Below, one piece after another: positions 33,018-43,455 of a stretch of DNA of 64,000 nt. Source of the DNA: a virus (Duplodnaviria > Caudoviricetes); the IMG/VR virus record IMGVR_UViG_3300028886_000055, positions 75,731 through 139,730 of that record; one strand, written 5' to 3'. The position numbers and the translations under genes were made by a program. Every line of letters starts with the position of its first letter. The stretch's first letter is position 1. The notes beneath the pieces are model-generated. The model had not been told where the DNA came from and searched no databases. It was given only the letters and a program-made list of their open reading frames with translations.

Positions 33018-33881
33018 ATGAGTAAGGAAAAATATACAAACGAAGAATTTATTCAAGCCGTTGCTAAAAATAAATCTTATGCAGGAGTAATGAAACAATT
33101 AGGTTTAAAACCTGCTGGAGGAAATTATGCAACTGTAAAGAAAAAGATCCAAGAGTTAAATTTAGATACATCACATTTTACAGGTAAAGGTTGGAATACT
33201 GGTTTAAAGTTTAAACCAAAAGTCGCAAAGCCTTTGTCTGAAATAATGGTGGAAAATAGTAATTATCAGTCTTATAAACTTTCTCAAAGATTAATAAAAG
33301 AGGGTTTAAAAGAGCATAAATGTGAGAATTGTGGGAGAACTGAATGGGAAGGATTTCCTATTGCATTAGAACTGCATCATATAAATGGTGTACATACTGA
33401 TAATAGATTTGAAAACCTACAAATGTTATGCCCTAATTGTCACGCTATGACTGATAATTATAGAGGTAAAAATATCAAATTGAGTGCACAGAAAGAAATT
33501 TCTGATGTAGAACCTTGTAAATTCAAGGAAACCTTAACAGATAATGCTGATGGCAATCTTGAGCCAAGCCAAAATGTTATTTTGGAAGGTGCAGAGACTA
33601 GACACAAGGAACCTAAACCTAAAAAGAAAAAGATTTTAGAGCCAAAATATTGTGCGTATTGTGGTATTGAACTAATAGGAAGTGCTAGAAAAAACAAATA
33701 TTGTTCATCAGAATGTGCACATAAAGCTAATGGAAGTAAAAGACCTGACGTTTTTACATTGTTAAATGATTTCAAAGAATTAAAATCGTTCGTACAAGTT
33801 GGTAAAAAATATGGTGTAACTGACAATTCTGTTAGAAAATGGTGTAAACTCTATGGAATTTTAGACAGGGTTAAGGAATAG
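33018..33881 (+). CDS. Intron-encoded HNH endonuclease
   Basis: CENCG...LELHHINGVHTDNRFENLQMLCPNCH; C-terminal Zn finger and HTH. Confidence 0.92.
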   Translation: MSKEKYTNEEFIQAVAKNKSYAGVMKQLGLKPAGGNYATVKKKIQELNLDTSHFTGKGWNTGLKFKPKVAKPLSEIMVENSNYQSYKLSQRLIKEGLKEHKCENCGRTEWEGFPIALELHHINGVHTDNRFENLQMLCPNCHAMTDNYRGKNIKLSAQKEISDVEPCKFKETLTDNADGNLEPSQNVILEGAETRHKEPKPKKKKILEPKYCAYCGIELIGSARKNKYCSSECAHKANGSKRPDVFTLLNDFKELKSFVQVGKKYGVTDNSVRKWCKLYGILDRVKE

Positions 33882-34294
33882 TCCAGCCTACAAACTTAAA
33901 AAGGTAGTGAAAACTATAGTAGGAAGAAAATCTACCGGTCTGAAAAGGCCTTGCTGGTTCGAGTCCAGTATCGAGCACTAATTAAACAAAAAATATAACA
34001 CTGAGGTGGACTTCAAACGCAAAACCTATTAAACTAGGCGTATGTGCGAAGTATTAGAGTTGGGAAGGATCGCTACCTTGGTAAGTGTTGTATTTTATAA
34101 TCCTTTTCAGCGTTTACGGTGTAACAGAGCGCTACGCTTGGTCTATAAGTACCTTGAACTTACAAAAACCGTTAACTGTCGTATTAGGTAGAGGAAGCCT
34201 AATATTCATAATTATTAGAGGTGGCTAATATAACCTTTTGCTCATATTGTTTGCTCAGTATCCACCTATACTGAGCTTTTTAAAATTAAGGATT

Positions 34295-35101
34295 ATGACA
34301 TCTGAGGAATTATTTGAGAAAGTGTCAGAACTTATAGATAAGACTTTTAAATATAAACCTATCAGTGAAAAAGAAGCTGTTGGTAAAACAATAGAGAAAA
34401 TCTATACACTTTATAATGGCTGGAGTGATAATTACAAAGTAATCACTTTTACTGATAAAACTGCTTTATATTATGAATGTGATAAAGATCCAGAAAGACA
34501 TCCTAAGTTAATAACATCATATGGTGACATAGAAAGCGGCATTAATGTTTATTTAAGTAGCCTTGGAAGTTCACTTTATGATGAAGGTCTTTTAAATGAT
34601 ACTACTGAACTTTTAAAAGCTGAAGAGCAATATAGATTAACATTTCTTGAAGAAAATAGACAAGAACAAATTAGAAAACTTAAAGAAATATTAAAGCAAT
34701 TAGAAAATAATTGAATTATGGAATCATTACTTAAATATCCTGCAGTTAAAGACTTTGAAGGTAAAGTCTTAGATAGAATTATCTTTCGAAAAATGCGTAT
34801 TGCGCAATTAACAATCCTCATATTTAAGGATAATACAGCTTGTTATATTATTGGACAAACAATTGCCAGTGATCCTATAATTGTAAACACTATACATTAT
34901 GATGATGGAGATGTTGATGTGATTTATACAGACTTAGGTTGTGAACTTTCAGACTTAGGTTTACTAAATATATCCGAAGTTGAAAAAGAAACATTAAGAC
35001 TTAAAAAAGAAGCTCTTGCTGAAAAAGCATCAATAATTGCCCAAATAAAAGAACTTGAAAAGAAAATAAATGAACTAAAGAGTAATTATAACATTGTTTA
35101 A
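34295..35101 (+). CDS. Two related hypothetical proteins (34295..34714, 34718..35101)
   Basis: Both have GK.(I/L)..I...I.F.D.TA...(S/T).LG..L.D.GLLN and a C-terminal coiled coil. Confidence 0.7.
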
Positions 35102-35154
35102 TTACTTTATAGGCTGCCTCGGTAGCATAATGGATAATGCAACGGGGTAATGTT

Positions 35155-35238
35155 GGAGGGATAGCGCGTAATTGGAAGCGCCTCAGTCTTCTAAACTGAT
35201 GCCAGTTGGCCTTGTGGGTTCGAGTCCCACTCCCTTCA
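35155..35238 (+). tRNA. tRNA-Arg(UCU) with extended variable arm, nested inside the split tRNA
   Basis: GGAGGGA/TCCCTTC-A; TCAGT-CTTCTAA-ACTGA; GTGGG-TTCGAGT-CCCAC. Confidence 0.8.
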
Positions 35239-35943
35239 CTAATAACTAAATAAAATTATTATGGAAAGTAAATGGTTTAATGAAAAAGAAAATCTAGAAT
35301 AGATGATTCTAGTAGATAAATTATCTTATGAAGAAATAGGAAGAAGATATAATTGTTCTGGAAGTAACATTAAGAAAGTTGCATCTAGAATTGGTATAGA
35401 ATTACCAAAAAGAAGAAAAATAAACGGTTCTGAACACTTTAATAAAGGAACTGGAAAACTTAATGTCTGTCTTAATTGTGGTAAAGAATTTAAATCGTAT
35501 TCTGGATTAAGTGGAAAATATTGTTGTTCAGAATGTGAAAAAGAATATAAACATAAACAAAAATATCAGCTCATATTAGATGGTGACCCTTCAATAATGA
35601 GAGCTAATTATTCTCCTAAAATTTTCAGACAAGACATAATTAATGAACAAAATGGAGTATGTGCAATATGTGGTATGAAACCAGAATGGAATGGTAAACC
35701 TTTAGTTTTCATTATTGATCACATTGATGGTCATGCTTCAAATAACAAACGAGACAACCTTAGATGTATTTGTCCAAATTGTGATTCGCAGTTAGATACT
35801 TATAAATCCAAAAATAAAAACGGAGAACGTAGTTATTATAGGTATCATAAAGAAGAATAAGCAATCGGTCGTGCGTGCAAGTCGTACCTGGGGTACTAAA
35901 ATTGATATGAGTTAACCTTATAGGTTACACTCCCTTCACTAAT
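35228..35943 (+). repeat. 16 bp direct repeat CACTCCCTTCACTAAT (35228..35243 and 35928..35943)
   Basis: Exact copy of the tRNA-Arg 3' end 700 bp downstream. Confidence 0.85.
35261..35860 (+). CDS. HNH endonuclease with N-terminal HTH; TAG at codon 14
   Basis: MESKWFNEKENLE[TAG]MILVDK...CAICG...IDHIDGHASNNKRDNLRCICPNCD. Confidence 0.88.
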
Positions 35944-36002
35944 GATTAATTCTTTTAATTATTTTATTTAAGATATAAATACTAATTTAAAAATAATGCA
36001 TT

Positions 36003-37070
36003 ATGAAAATTAAAAACAATACTAAAAATTTAATTCCACGTCATTAGACTGGTGGATTAGTTAGAAAATATCAACTTGCTGCTGGTTCACGAGGTATTGA
36101 ACGATATAAACCGACATTCACTGATCGAATTGTTTTAATGTCACGTAATACACCACAAAATAGAGCTGTTAATAGAGCAATATTTGCAGCTAAGGATAAT
36201 ACAGGACTTCCGATTAGTACATGGCCTAAATACTCATCGATTACGAACAAAACGATGTCTACATGGCCGGATGGTGAAACAACAATGTATATTAATAATA
36301 ATAAAGATAGTATAGGTCTTGATGGTACTATATATAATAATAGTGGAAAGGTTATAGGTAATGATGGTATTATTACAACTGCTTCTAAACCAGCTCAAAA
36401 CAAAGGAACTCAAGGTAAACCTGCAGGAACTAAAGGTAACAGTTCTAAAGGTGGTACTAGAGGTAGTAAAGGTAATGTAAGAACTACTGCTAAACCTGCT
36501 GCAACAACCACTACCACAACACCTACTGTAACACCAGCATCCACAGAAAACACAGGTAATTATACTATTCAACGTGGTGATACACTTGGAGCATTAGCAA
36601 AACGATTTGGAATGTCAGTAGATGAACTCGCTAGATTAAACAATATTAGTAATCCTAATCGTATTTATGCTGGTCGAACTTTAATTACTAAAGCTCCTAC
36701 TGTTGAAACTCCCGACATTAAAATTGAAACTCCTAGTGTTCCTAATTATGGATATGGAGTTACAGATAGTAATCTAAAACTAGGAACAAACTAGCAATAC
36801 TATCCTTCATATAACTAGGATGAATTATTAAGATCTGCATTTTCTAAATTTGGATTGAACTTTGATGATTATAAACAATTAACTGCTGATAAATTACCAA
36901 CAAATGTAGCGCCTGTTAGTCAGGAAGTTAAGACTTTTAATCCAGGTAATACTGTTTAGACTCCATCTTATAAAGCTTTAAGAGATGCACGCTTAGAAGA
37001 TGAAGCATTAAAAAGAAGTAAATTATTATCTTTTGCAAAACAAGGAACTAAATTAATTAGAAAAAAATGA
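36003..37070 (+). CDS. KKYQ-family LysM protein, 355 aa, code 15
   Basis: LIPRH[TAG]TGGLVRKYQ...; YTIQRGDTLGALAKRFGMSVDELARLNNISNPNRIYAG; C-terminal FAKQGTKLIRKK. Confidence 0.85.
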
Positions 37071-38171
37071 GTAAATTAGTACCTAAACATCAGAATACAT
37101 CTTCAATCTGGGGAAAGATATTCAGCAAAACAATATGTAACTCCAACAACTGGAATTTAGATAATTGATGATGCTGTTGAGAAGACCAAACAACAACAAA
37201 GTTTGAGAAGTCGTCAACGCAGAAGAGGAACAGCTTCTAAGATAGGTGCAGCTTCACCTGGTGCCCAGAAACAAGCTATCATGGAACGTCAACGTAAACT
37301 CAAAGAAGCGGGTTATTATACTGGCAAAATTGATGGTATTTGGGGCAAAAAGAGCAAAGCTGCATAGACTGCATATGATAAACGTAATTAGTCTTCAAGC
37401 TCTCTAACTGGTCCACAAGCTTATCGTAGAGCTGCAGGTCGACCTGAACCTAAGGAATTTGTAGTATCTGAAGTACCAAATCATCGAATATATCGAGTTT
37501 TTAAGGACGATACACGAGAAGTAGGTATCCCATTTAGTGATGATATGGAACTTGTTTATTAGTCTAATCAAAATGGAAGATATGGGGTTTTAGATAAACC
37601 ACAAGGTACACTCATCACTTTTGAGAACGGATCTCCTACTTTTACTAGTAAAGTTGGACGCGGTAAAAATAAAGGTGATGGAGTATATGACTATTCTAGT
37701 GATCCTAGAAACGCAAATACAAAAAGTACAAGCGATACAAACTATTACACTAAACAAAGTTCTACAACTCCTGCAGGTGTATTTACTATTATTCCCGTTG
37801 AAACTAGTGATTATTATGGTCATGAGCCTATGTTTAGATTAGCTACACCAAAATATAAATCAGCCGTAGCTTTTCATGCACCTCCTGGAGCAAAGGCTGT
37901 ATCAACTAGTAATTTTAATAAAGGTGATAATCCTTATGTCTCTACAGGATGTATTAGAGGAGAATGCGGTAACACGAGTTATGTTTATCGTAATAGGTTA
38001 TTATAGAAAGGAGATCCGTTTTATATTACTCCTGAAACGGAAGGAAATTATTTTACTAAAGACTGGAAAGGAAATATAAAACTTGTATTAGGCAATAATA
38101 ATGCAAAAACATATACTACTCGTCTAAAAGACGGATCAGAATGGATTGGAGATTTATTATATTTAAATTAA
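37067..38171 (+). CDS. KKYQ-family protein with peptidoglycan-binding and L,D-transpeptidase (YkuD-like) domains, code 15, +1 frameshift near 37110..37117
   Basis: MSKLVPKHQ; QRKLKEAGYYTGKIDGIWGKKSKAA; TPAGVF...AFHA...STGCIR. Confidence 0.75.
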
Positions 38172-38178
38172 TAGATAA

Positions 38179-38814
38179 ATGAAAATTTTAAAATTAACAA
38201 TTGTAATGGCATGTGTCTTTCTTTTGAGTTGCAATAAATCCAATGAAGTAGAAGTTATGCCCTGTTGTCCTACATGTTCAATTCTATTTCAACCATATGA
38301 TAGTGTCTCTTATCAAGAAGCACAACGCTTAGCCCAGACATTTGGATATCAATTATCTTCACTGCTAGGTAACATTAACGTGCGAGAAGTGAGTGTTTTA
38401 CCGATTAAGCTGTTGACTAACCAACAGCTCAATAGCACAAACACCCGATATCGCGCAGAGAAGATTTTGAAATATCAGAATGACATAGCTAAAGATGTGA
38501 TTAAAGATGAACATTTCGATGTGATTATTGGTTTAACGAGTAAAGACATTTCGACATCACTTCACAATATTGATGATTATGGAATCCAAGGTTTATCATA
38601 TATTGGTAAAAATAATTGTGTTGTGTCGACTTTTAGAATTAAGAATAAGAAGGATGTATGGAAACTTGTTGCTCATGAATTTTGTCATGGATATTTTTAC
38701 ACACAAATGCGACACTGTCCGGCCGATGATCCAACATGCATCATGCAGGATGGGCACGGCAAGCCAAACTGGACAAAGAGAACCAAAATTTGTGATAAAT
38801 GTTTAGGGATATAA
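38179..38814 (+). CDS. Lipoprotein Zn metalloprotease, archaemetzincin (M54)-like
   Basis: Lipobox LLSC; HEFCHG...HC....CIM...CDKC. Confidence 0.8.
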   Translation: MKILKLTIVMACVFLLSCNKSNEVEVMPCCPTCSILFQPYDSVSYQEAQRLAQTFGYQLSSLLGNINVREVSVLPIKLLTNQQLNSTNTRYRAEKILKYQNDIAKDVIKDEHFDVIIGLTSKDISTSLHNIDDYGIQGLSYIGKNNCVVSTFRIKNKKDVWKLVAHEFCHGYFYTQMRHCPADDPTCIMQDGHGKPNWTKRTKICDKCLGI

Positions 38815-39188
38815 TACACCCTAACTGACTTTATGTTATAACGTAAAATATTTTAAAGTAATCGTAAGATTAAACGTTATAAAAAAGCTCTTCTTTAAAG
38901 TCTAGAGCTAGGAAAGACTATTTTTTACGAGAAGCAATGAAATGCTAGTTCAATCTAAAGAACTAGCCACTCCTAGTTCTCAACTACTACCAATGTCCTC
39001 AAGATAGACAAAAAAAGTGGAAATATATCTATCTGAGGATTCTTTCAGATTTATTCATAATCTAAAGAATTTAATGTGTACAATCTTTTAAGCCTGTGTA
39101 CACAATCAGACTAGAAAAGCTTAATTCATGAACGTTTAATCTTACTTTTTTATTATATCTTATTAACCCACTTTAGGCTATAAAGTAT

Positions 39189-39196
39189 TACCTTTG
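39189..39196 (+). promoter_or_regulatory. -7 box TACCTTTG upstream of the KKYQ gene at 39273
   Basis: TAnnTTTG consensus. Confidence 0.55.
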
Positions 39197-39272
39197 CAAA
39201 GAAAAAATAATGGGAACAACAGATTCATACCGCAAAGGTAATACTTTTTTTTAATCTTAATACTCAAAAATT

Positions 39273-40796
39273 ATGCAAATCAAAAAATATCAAAACACAC
39301 CTGGGCCAATCAGTAGAGCAACTGACGAATATTACAACGGTACTGGCTGGCATTTTGTTCCAGGAAACTAGTTAAAGCAATCCGATCCAAACTACTCAGT
39401 TGTTCAAAGAAAAGGATTAGATAACAGTTACCTTGTTGATGCTAATGGTATATTAGTACCAGAGAGAGTCAGAAATGCTTATGAACAGAAAAGAGAAGAC
39501 ATTTTACGCATGGCTAAAGAATCTCAAGAAAACCAAGGAGAAATAACTCCGTTGACTGACGCTGAGGCTGAAGAACGTATGGGATTCTTTGCTAATCTTG
39601 GAGACGCTTTAGGTGTGACAAACGCACGTCACGATACAAATCGTTCCTTGGCAGCACGAATGGCAGATTAGATGCTTTGGAATTTAGATGGTCGTAATCC
39701 TAGAAGCAACGAAACGTATTTTGGAATTACAGCCCCATTACAAATGACAACACTTCCTGCAACTACTAATATTTACGGAATTGGTTCAATTTTAAGTGGT
39801 ATAGGTGGAGCAGAATTATTTAATTATTTCACTTATCCTTTTACTGGGAAAACTGTCGGTTAGTATTTAGGTGATTATATCCCAGTATTGACTAGTACAG
39901 CTGGTAATAACATAGCAACTTTTACAGGAGGCATAGGAGGATATAAATGGTACGATGGTGCAGTTAGAAGAGGTATTGAGACGGCGATGCGAACAACAAG
40001 TGCTCCAAGTCCAATAAATGAAGTTAAACGTGGATTTCATGATACTTTTCATCCAAATGATGGGAAATTTCAAATTACAAAACAAGGGGTTGATCGTATC
40101 AATTATATCTTAACTGGACATCGTTCAAAAAACCCTGGATATGACACGTGGTCAAATGACCCAGCAATAAATATTGAGAATGGAATAATCGAACCTTATC
40201 GTTTTACTGGATTAATAAGTAAAAATAATTTAGGTATAAATGCAAATTTTCATGCACAAAAAGGGTATGGTGATATAATTGATGCATATCTTTATGGAAA
40301 AGAACTTGATCCAAGAATTGCTACTAAAGTAGATCACGGTTATGGAATACACACAAAATACATATAGTCGAAGTATAAAGATAAACATGTTCCAGTATAT
40401 GAATTAAATGAAGAACCCTTAGTTGATGGTAAAAAAGGAATTAGTGCTGATATTGAAACACCACAAAATGTTAGTGGCGATTAGCGAAATATTTCTTTAA
40501 TTGCACCATCAGGACAAAATCATGCTGTTAATGTAGCAGGGCATTTGAAATTATCTACTCCGATAAATGGAGTAAGTCATATTGCAAGATAGGATATTTG
40601 GAAATTTGATCCAGATGCGTATACAACAAAATGGTTAAAAGATGGAAAGCATATATACACAACTAGTCAAAAGGATTATCCATTATTATAGAAAATTGGT
40701 CTAAATATTGTTAATGATATAGGAACTCCACTTATCTTAAAGACTAAATGGTATGAAAATCCGTTTAATGGAAATAGGTTTGGTTTAAGTATATAA
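39273..40796 (+). CDS. KKYQ-family code-15 protein, 507 aa, Gly-rich hydrophobic middle, uncharacterised C-terminal domain
   Basis: MQIKKYQNTPGPI...GTGWHFVP; seven TAGs join track ORFs 39672 and 39888; C-terminal AGH...QDIWKFDP...GTPLI. Confidence 0.8.
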
Positions 40797-40801
40797 GAAT
40801 T

Positions 40802-41167
40802 ATGAAAGCATTATTTTTAGGGATGGTTTTGACAGTTATCACAATACAAACGTATGAAGGCAACTTGTCTTTAAACATGTTTTTATTGGTATTATTTATT
40901 ATTGGAATTCTTTCTACATTTATGTTTAGACAGGAAGACGATACGCTGCAAAAAATTCAAGATTTCTGTTCGGAATACGATATTGCTGAATATAAAAATA
41001 TTGCCAAAGTAGAAGCATCTAAATTAAAATCGACTTACGAAGAAAAATTAACTTATAATAAATGTTTTCAGCATATTGGCAATCTCAATATTTATCGCAA
41101 TTTAGATGAATTTAATATTAGTATCTTAAAAGCCCACATCGCCAACTATTATTACAACTTAAAATAA
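40802..41167 (+). CDS. Two-TM membrane protein, no TAG
   Basis: ORF track; hydrophobic N-terminus. Confidence 0.7.
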   Translation: MKALFLGMVLTVITIQTYEGNLSLNMFLLVLFIIGILSTFMFRQEDDTLQKIQDFCSEYDIAEYKNIAKVEASKLKSTYEEKLTYNKCFQHIGNLNIYRNLDEFNISILKAHIANYYYNLK

Positions 41168-41174
41168 AACCAAT

Positions 41175-41846
41175 ATGCAAATCAAGAAATACCAAAGTCC
41201 CGACAGCGGGATTATCAGAATTTAGGACTTACCACAAGAGTATGTCACAAAAATACATAACAATAATTTCTTGCCAATAAGAATAAAAGATTATGTACGT
41301 AGATACATCTTTAGTAATCGAGATTTAGGTCGATATATTCCATATAAAGATTCATAGGGATGGCACCCTGATATTAATGGAAAAGGATTTGGAAAAGTCA
41401 TTGGAGTAGGTTCTGAACAGACGGTCTATGAAAATCTTGATAATCCTAATATGGTTCTCAAAATGCTAGATATCAGTTATCCAACAAAAACGGCATTGAG
41501 AGCAGGTGTAAAACAATACAACAAACGAAATTTAATTCCACTTCAAGAAAGAGCTAAATTCCTCGGATATGTAAAAGGCCCAAACAATGCAGGAACACAA
41601 GAAGCATATTATCCAATCTTTAGCTAGAAGAAACTAACAATACCGACAGATAAATCTTGGACTACCTGGGAAAGTGAGTATTTACCTCAGATTGAATATG
41701 CTATGAGAAATCTAGGAATTTCAGTAGGCAATGGTGTATATAATTACAGAGGATACAAAATTAGCGATTTGTCACCAGACAATATTGGATTTGATGAAAA
41801 TGGAAATTTGCGACTAATTGATGCCTATGTTGATAGAAACGGATGA
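41175..41846 (+). CDS. KKYQ-family protein kinase-like protein (polyvalent-protein kinase type), 223 aa, code 15
   Basis: MQIKKYQSPDSGI; IGVGSEQTVY...VLK...YPIFSQ...ISDLSPDNIG...LIDA; three TAGs; absent from the ORF track. Confidence 0.82.
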
Positions 41847-42142
41847 GAGCAAATCAATCTGATTCACTCTCTAAAAATGCTGATTATTTCATAAATCTAT
41901 CTCAATCGTCAGATCAACAACTAAAGAGAATCTCAGTGATAGCGAAGGTAACTATGGCACTAAGATATAACTCCTTAGTAATTGTTGCTATACAAACAGA
42001 GATTATAATTTGTATAACAGCTCTCAGCAAATATTGGATATTAAAATACTACTTCATTGGCAAACATCTCCTTTCTACGTTCACCTTTGTTTTGATTGTT
42101 AATCTTTGGTCTCAAAAGAAATAACGATTAAATGATTTTTAA

Positions 42143-42713
42143 ATGGGAACTCTTATACATTATAACCGAATTCTTGGTTTAGATCAAGATGGAGAACTAA
42201 TTCTTGAAGAAAGAAATGAAAAATTACTTTCTCAATATAAAGTAGAAATAAAAAAATTAGTTGAAGAAATTAGAAAATGTTATCCTAATACTAAATTTAG
42301 AACTCATGTTCAAAAATTATTCGATACTTTAATAATGGCAAATTCTAAATGCGATATAGAGAGAATACTTGTAGAATATGATAGAAAAGATTTAGACAAT
42401 GAAGAACGTTATCAAAATCAAAAGACATCCTTTTGGCAAAAACTATTTGGCCATTAATCTGTTTGGATTCATCTTCACATTGCGTAACCTTGATTCTGTG
42501 GAGCTTAACCATGAATTGATACACTCAGCCCAACAACGCGAGTTGCTCTATCTGCCGTTCTTCATCTGGTATGGCATAGAGTGGCTTATGTTGTGGTTCA
42601 AGTATCACGACTGGACCACCGCCTATTATCATATCCGCTTTGAGCAAGAAGCCTACAGACACCAGAATGATCTAAATTACTTACAAACCAGAAAAAAGTA
42701 CAAATTCAAATGA
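42143..42713 (+). CDS. Two small genes (42143..42457; 42399..42713 with HELIH..FEQEAY zincin-like motif)
   Basis: ORF track; HExxH in the second. Confidence 0.7.
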
Positions 42714-43038
42714 AAAACTAAAGGCTCCCTGTCAAGCGTGAGCCTTTGTCTGTCAACGAAGTAAACCAATCCATTTAAGTAGTTTCTCACCTATCGTCAG
42801 TAACGCTTCAGTGAGACTAAACTTAAATCCAAAAGACTTCTTGACTTCTTCTATCTAAGATTCGGTAACTTCACGAACCTTAGACTAATAGCTATAATAA
42901 ATCATATCTATTAAGTTTTAAAACGAGCAACACAAACCAATGCTCAAATTTGGTAGGGTTATATCTAATTAGCCCTACCTTTGAAAACGCAAAATTCAAT
43001 AACGATATTATATCGCTAACAACTTTATTATTAATACA

Positions 43039-43082
43039 ATGAAAAAGATTGAAATTCCTGAAGGAAAAGAAGTGCAATCTGA
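43039..43082 (+). pseudogene. Truncated copy of the 5' end of gene 43456
   Basis: ATGAAAAAGATTGAAATTCCTGAAGGAAAAGAAGTGCAA versus ATGAAAAAGATCGAAATCGAAATCCCCGAAGGAAAAGAAGTACAA, with a similar leader. Confidence 0.65.
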
Positions 43083-43455
43083 TAACAACAATTAGTTCTA
43101 TAGTAGTAACAATGTTATCATAACGTGATAAATACTGTTATTATTTCAATGAAAAACTCTCCACATCCGTATAGAGAATGCAGAGAGTAGATATGAGAAA
43201 GATTAATACTTCTTCTTATTGTAGATCTATTCTACAATGTGCCAAGATTGATCGCATCTTGGATAATTCTTTACTTCAGCACCTAAATGTAAAAGTAAAA
43301 GAATAATTAAACTCTATTTTAACAAAGTCTATCTCATGTCAATCACCTCCTTTCTGACTTTGTATTAATTTACCCATCGTAAACAAATCCTAGTCAGAAA
43401 GGAGATTATTACAAAAACTATACCAAATCAAGAAATATCAAAACATATTAACACA

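Larger units (their letters stand above)
32913..33926 (+). mobile_element. Group I intron resembling bacterial tRNA-Leu(UAA) IC3 introns, with HNH ORF
   Basis: IGS TTGAGT at about 33481; AAATTCAAGGAAACC; GGCAATCTTGAGCCAAGC; AGGTGCAGAGACTAGAC; ATAGTCC; terminal G. Confidence 0.88.
32875..33977 (+). tRNA. tRNA-Leu(UAA) split by a group I intron after U34
   Basis: Exons ...GTAGACTT | AAAATCTAC...; acceptor GCTCGAT/ATCGAGC-A; long variable arm. Confidence 0.88.
35116..35895 (+). pseudogene. Disrupted tRNA, probably Arg: 5' half about 35116..35147, 3' half about 35858..35895
   Basis: GCCTCGGTAGCATAATGGATAATGCAACGG ... TAAGCAATCGGTCGTGCGTGCAAGTCGTACCTGGGGTA; acceptor strands pair with G-U wobbles. 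Confidence 0.65.

Noticed and set aside
35155-35238. Second amber suppressor (loop contains CTA)
   Set aside because: The 5 bp stem TCAGT/ACTGA gives loop CTTCTAA, so the anticodon is TCT (Arg)
40500-40796. Colicin-M-like catalytic domain in gene 39273
   Set aside because: Only a loose D-x-W-x-F...G.P resemblance; needs HHpred or structure prediction
40802-42457. Immunity genes downstream of KKYQ effectors
   Set aside because: Position is suggestive but nothing in the sequence supports it
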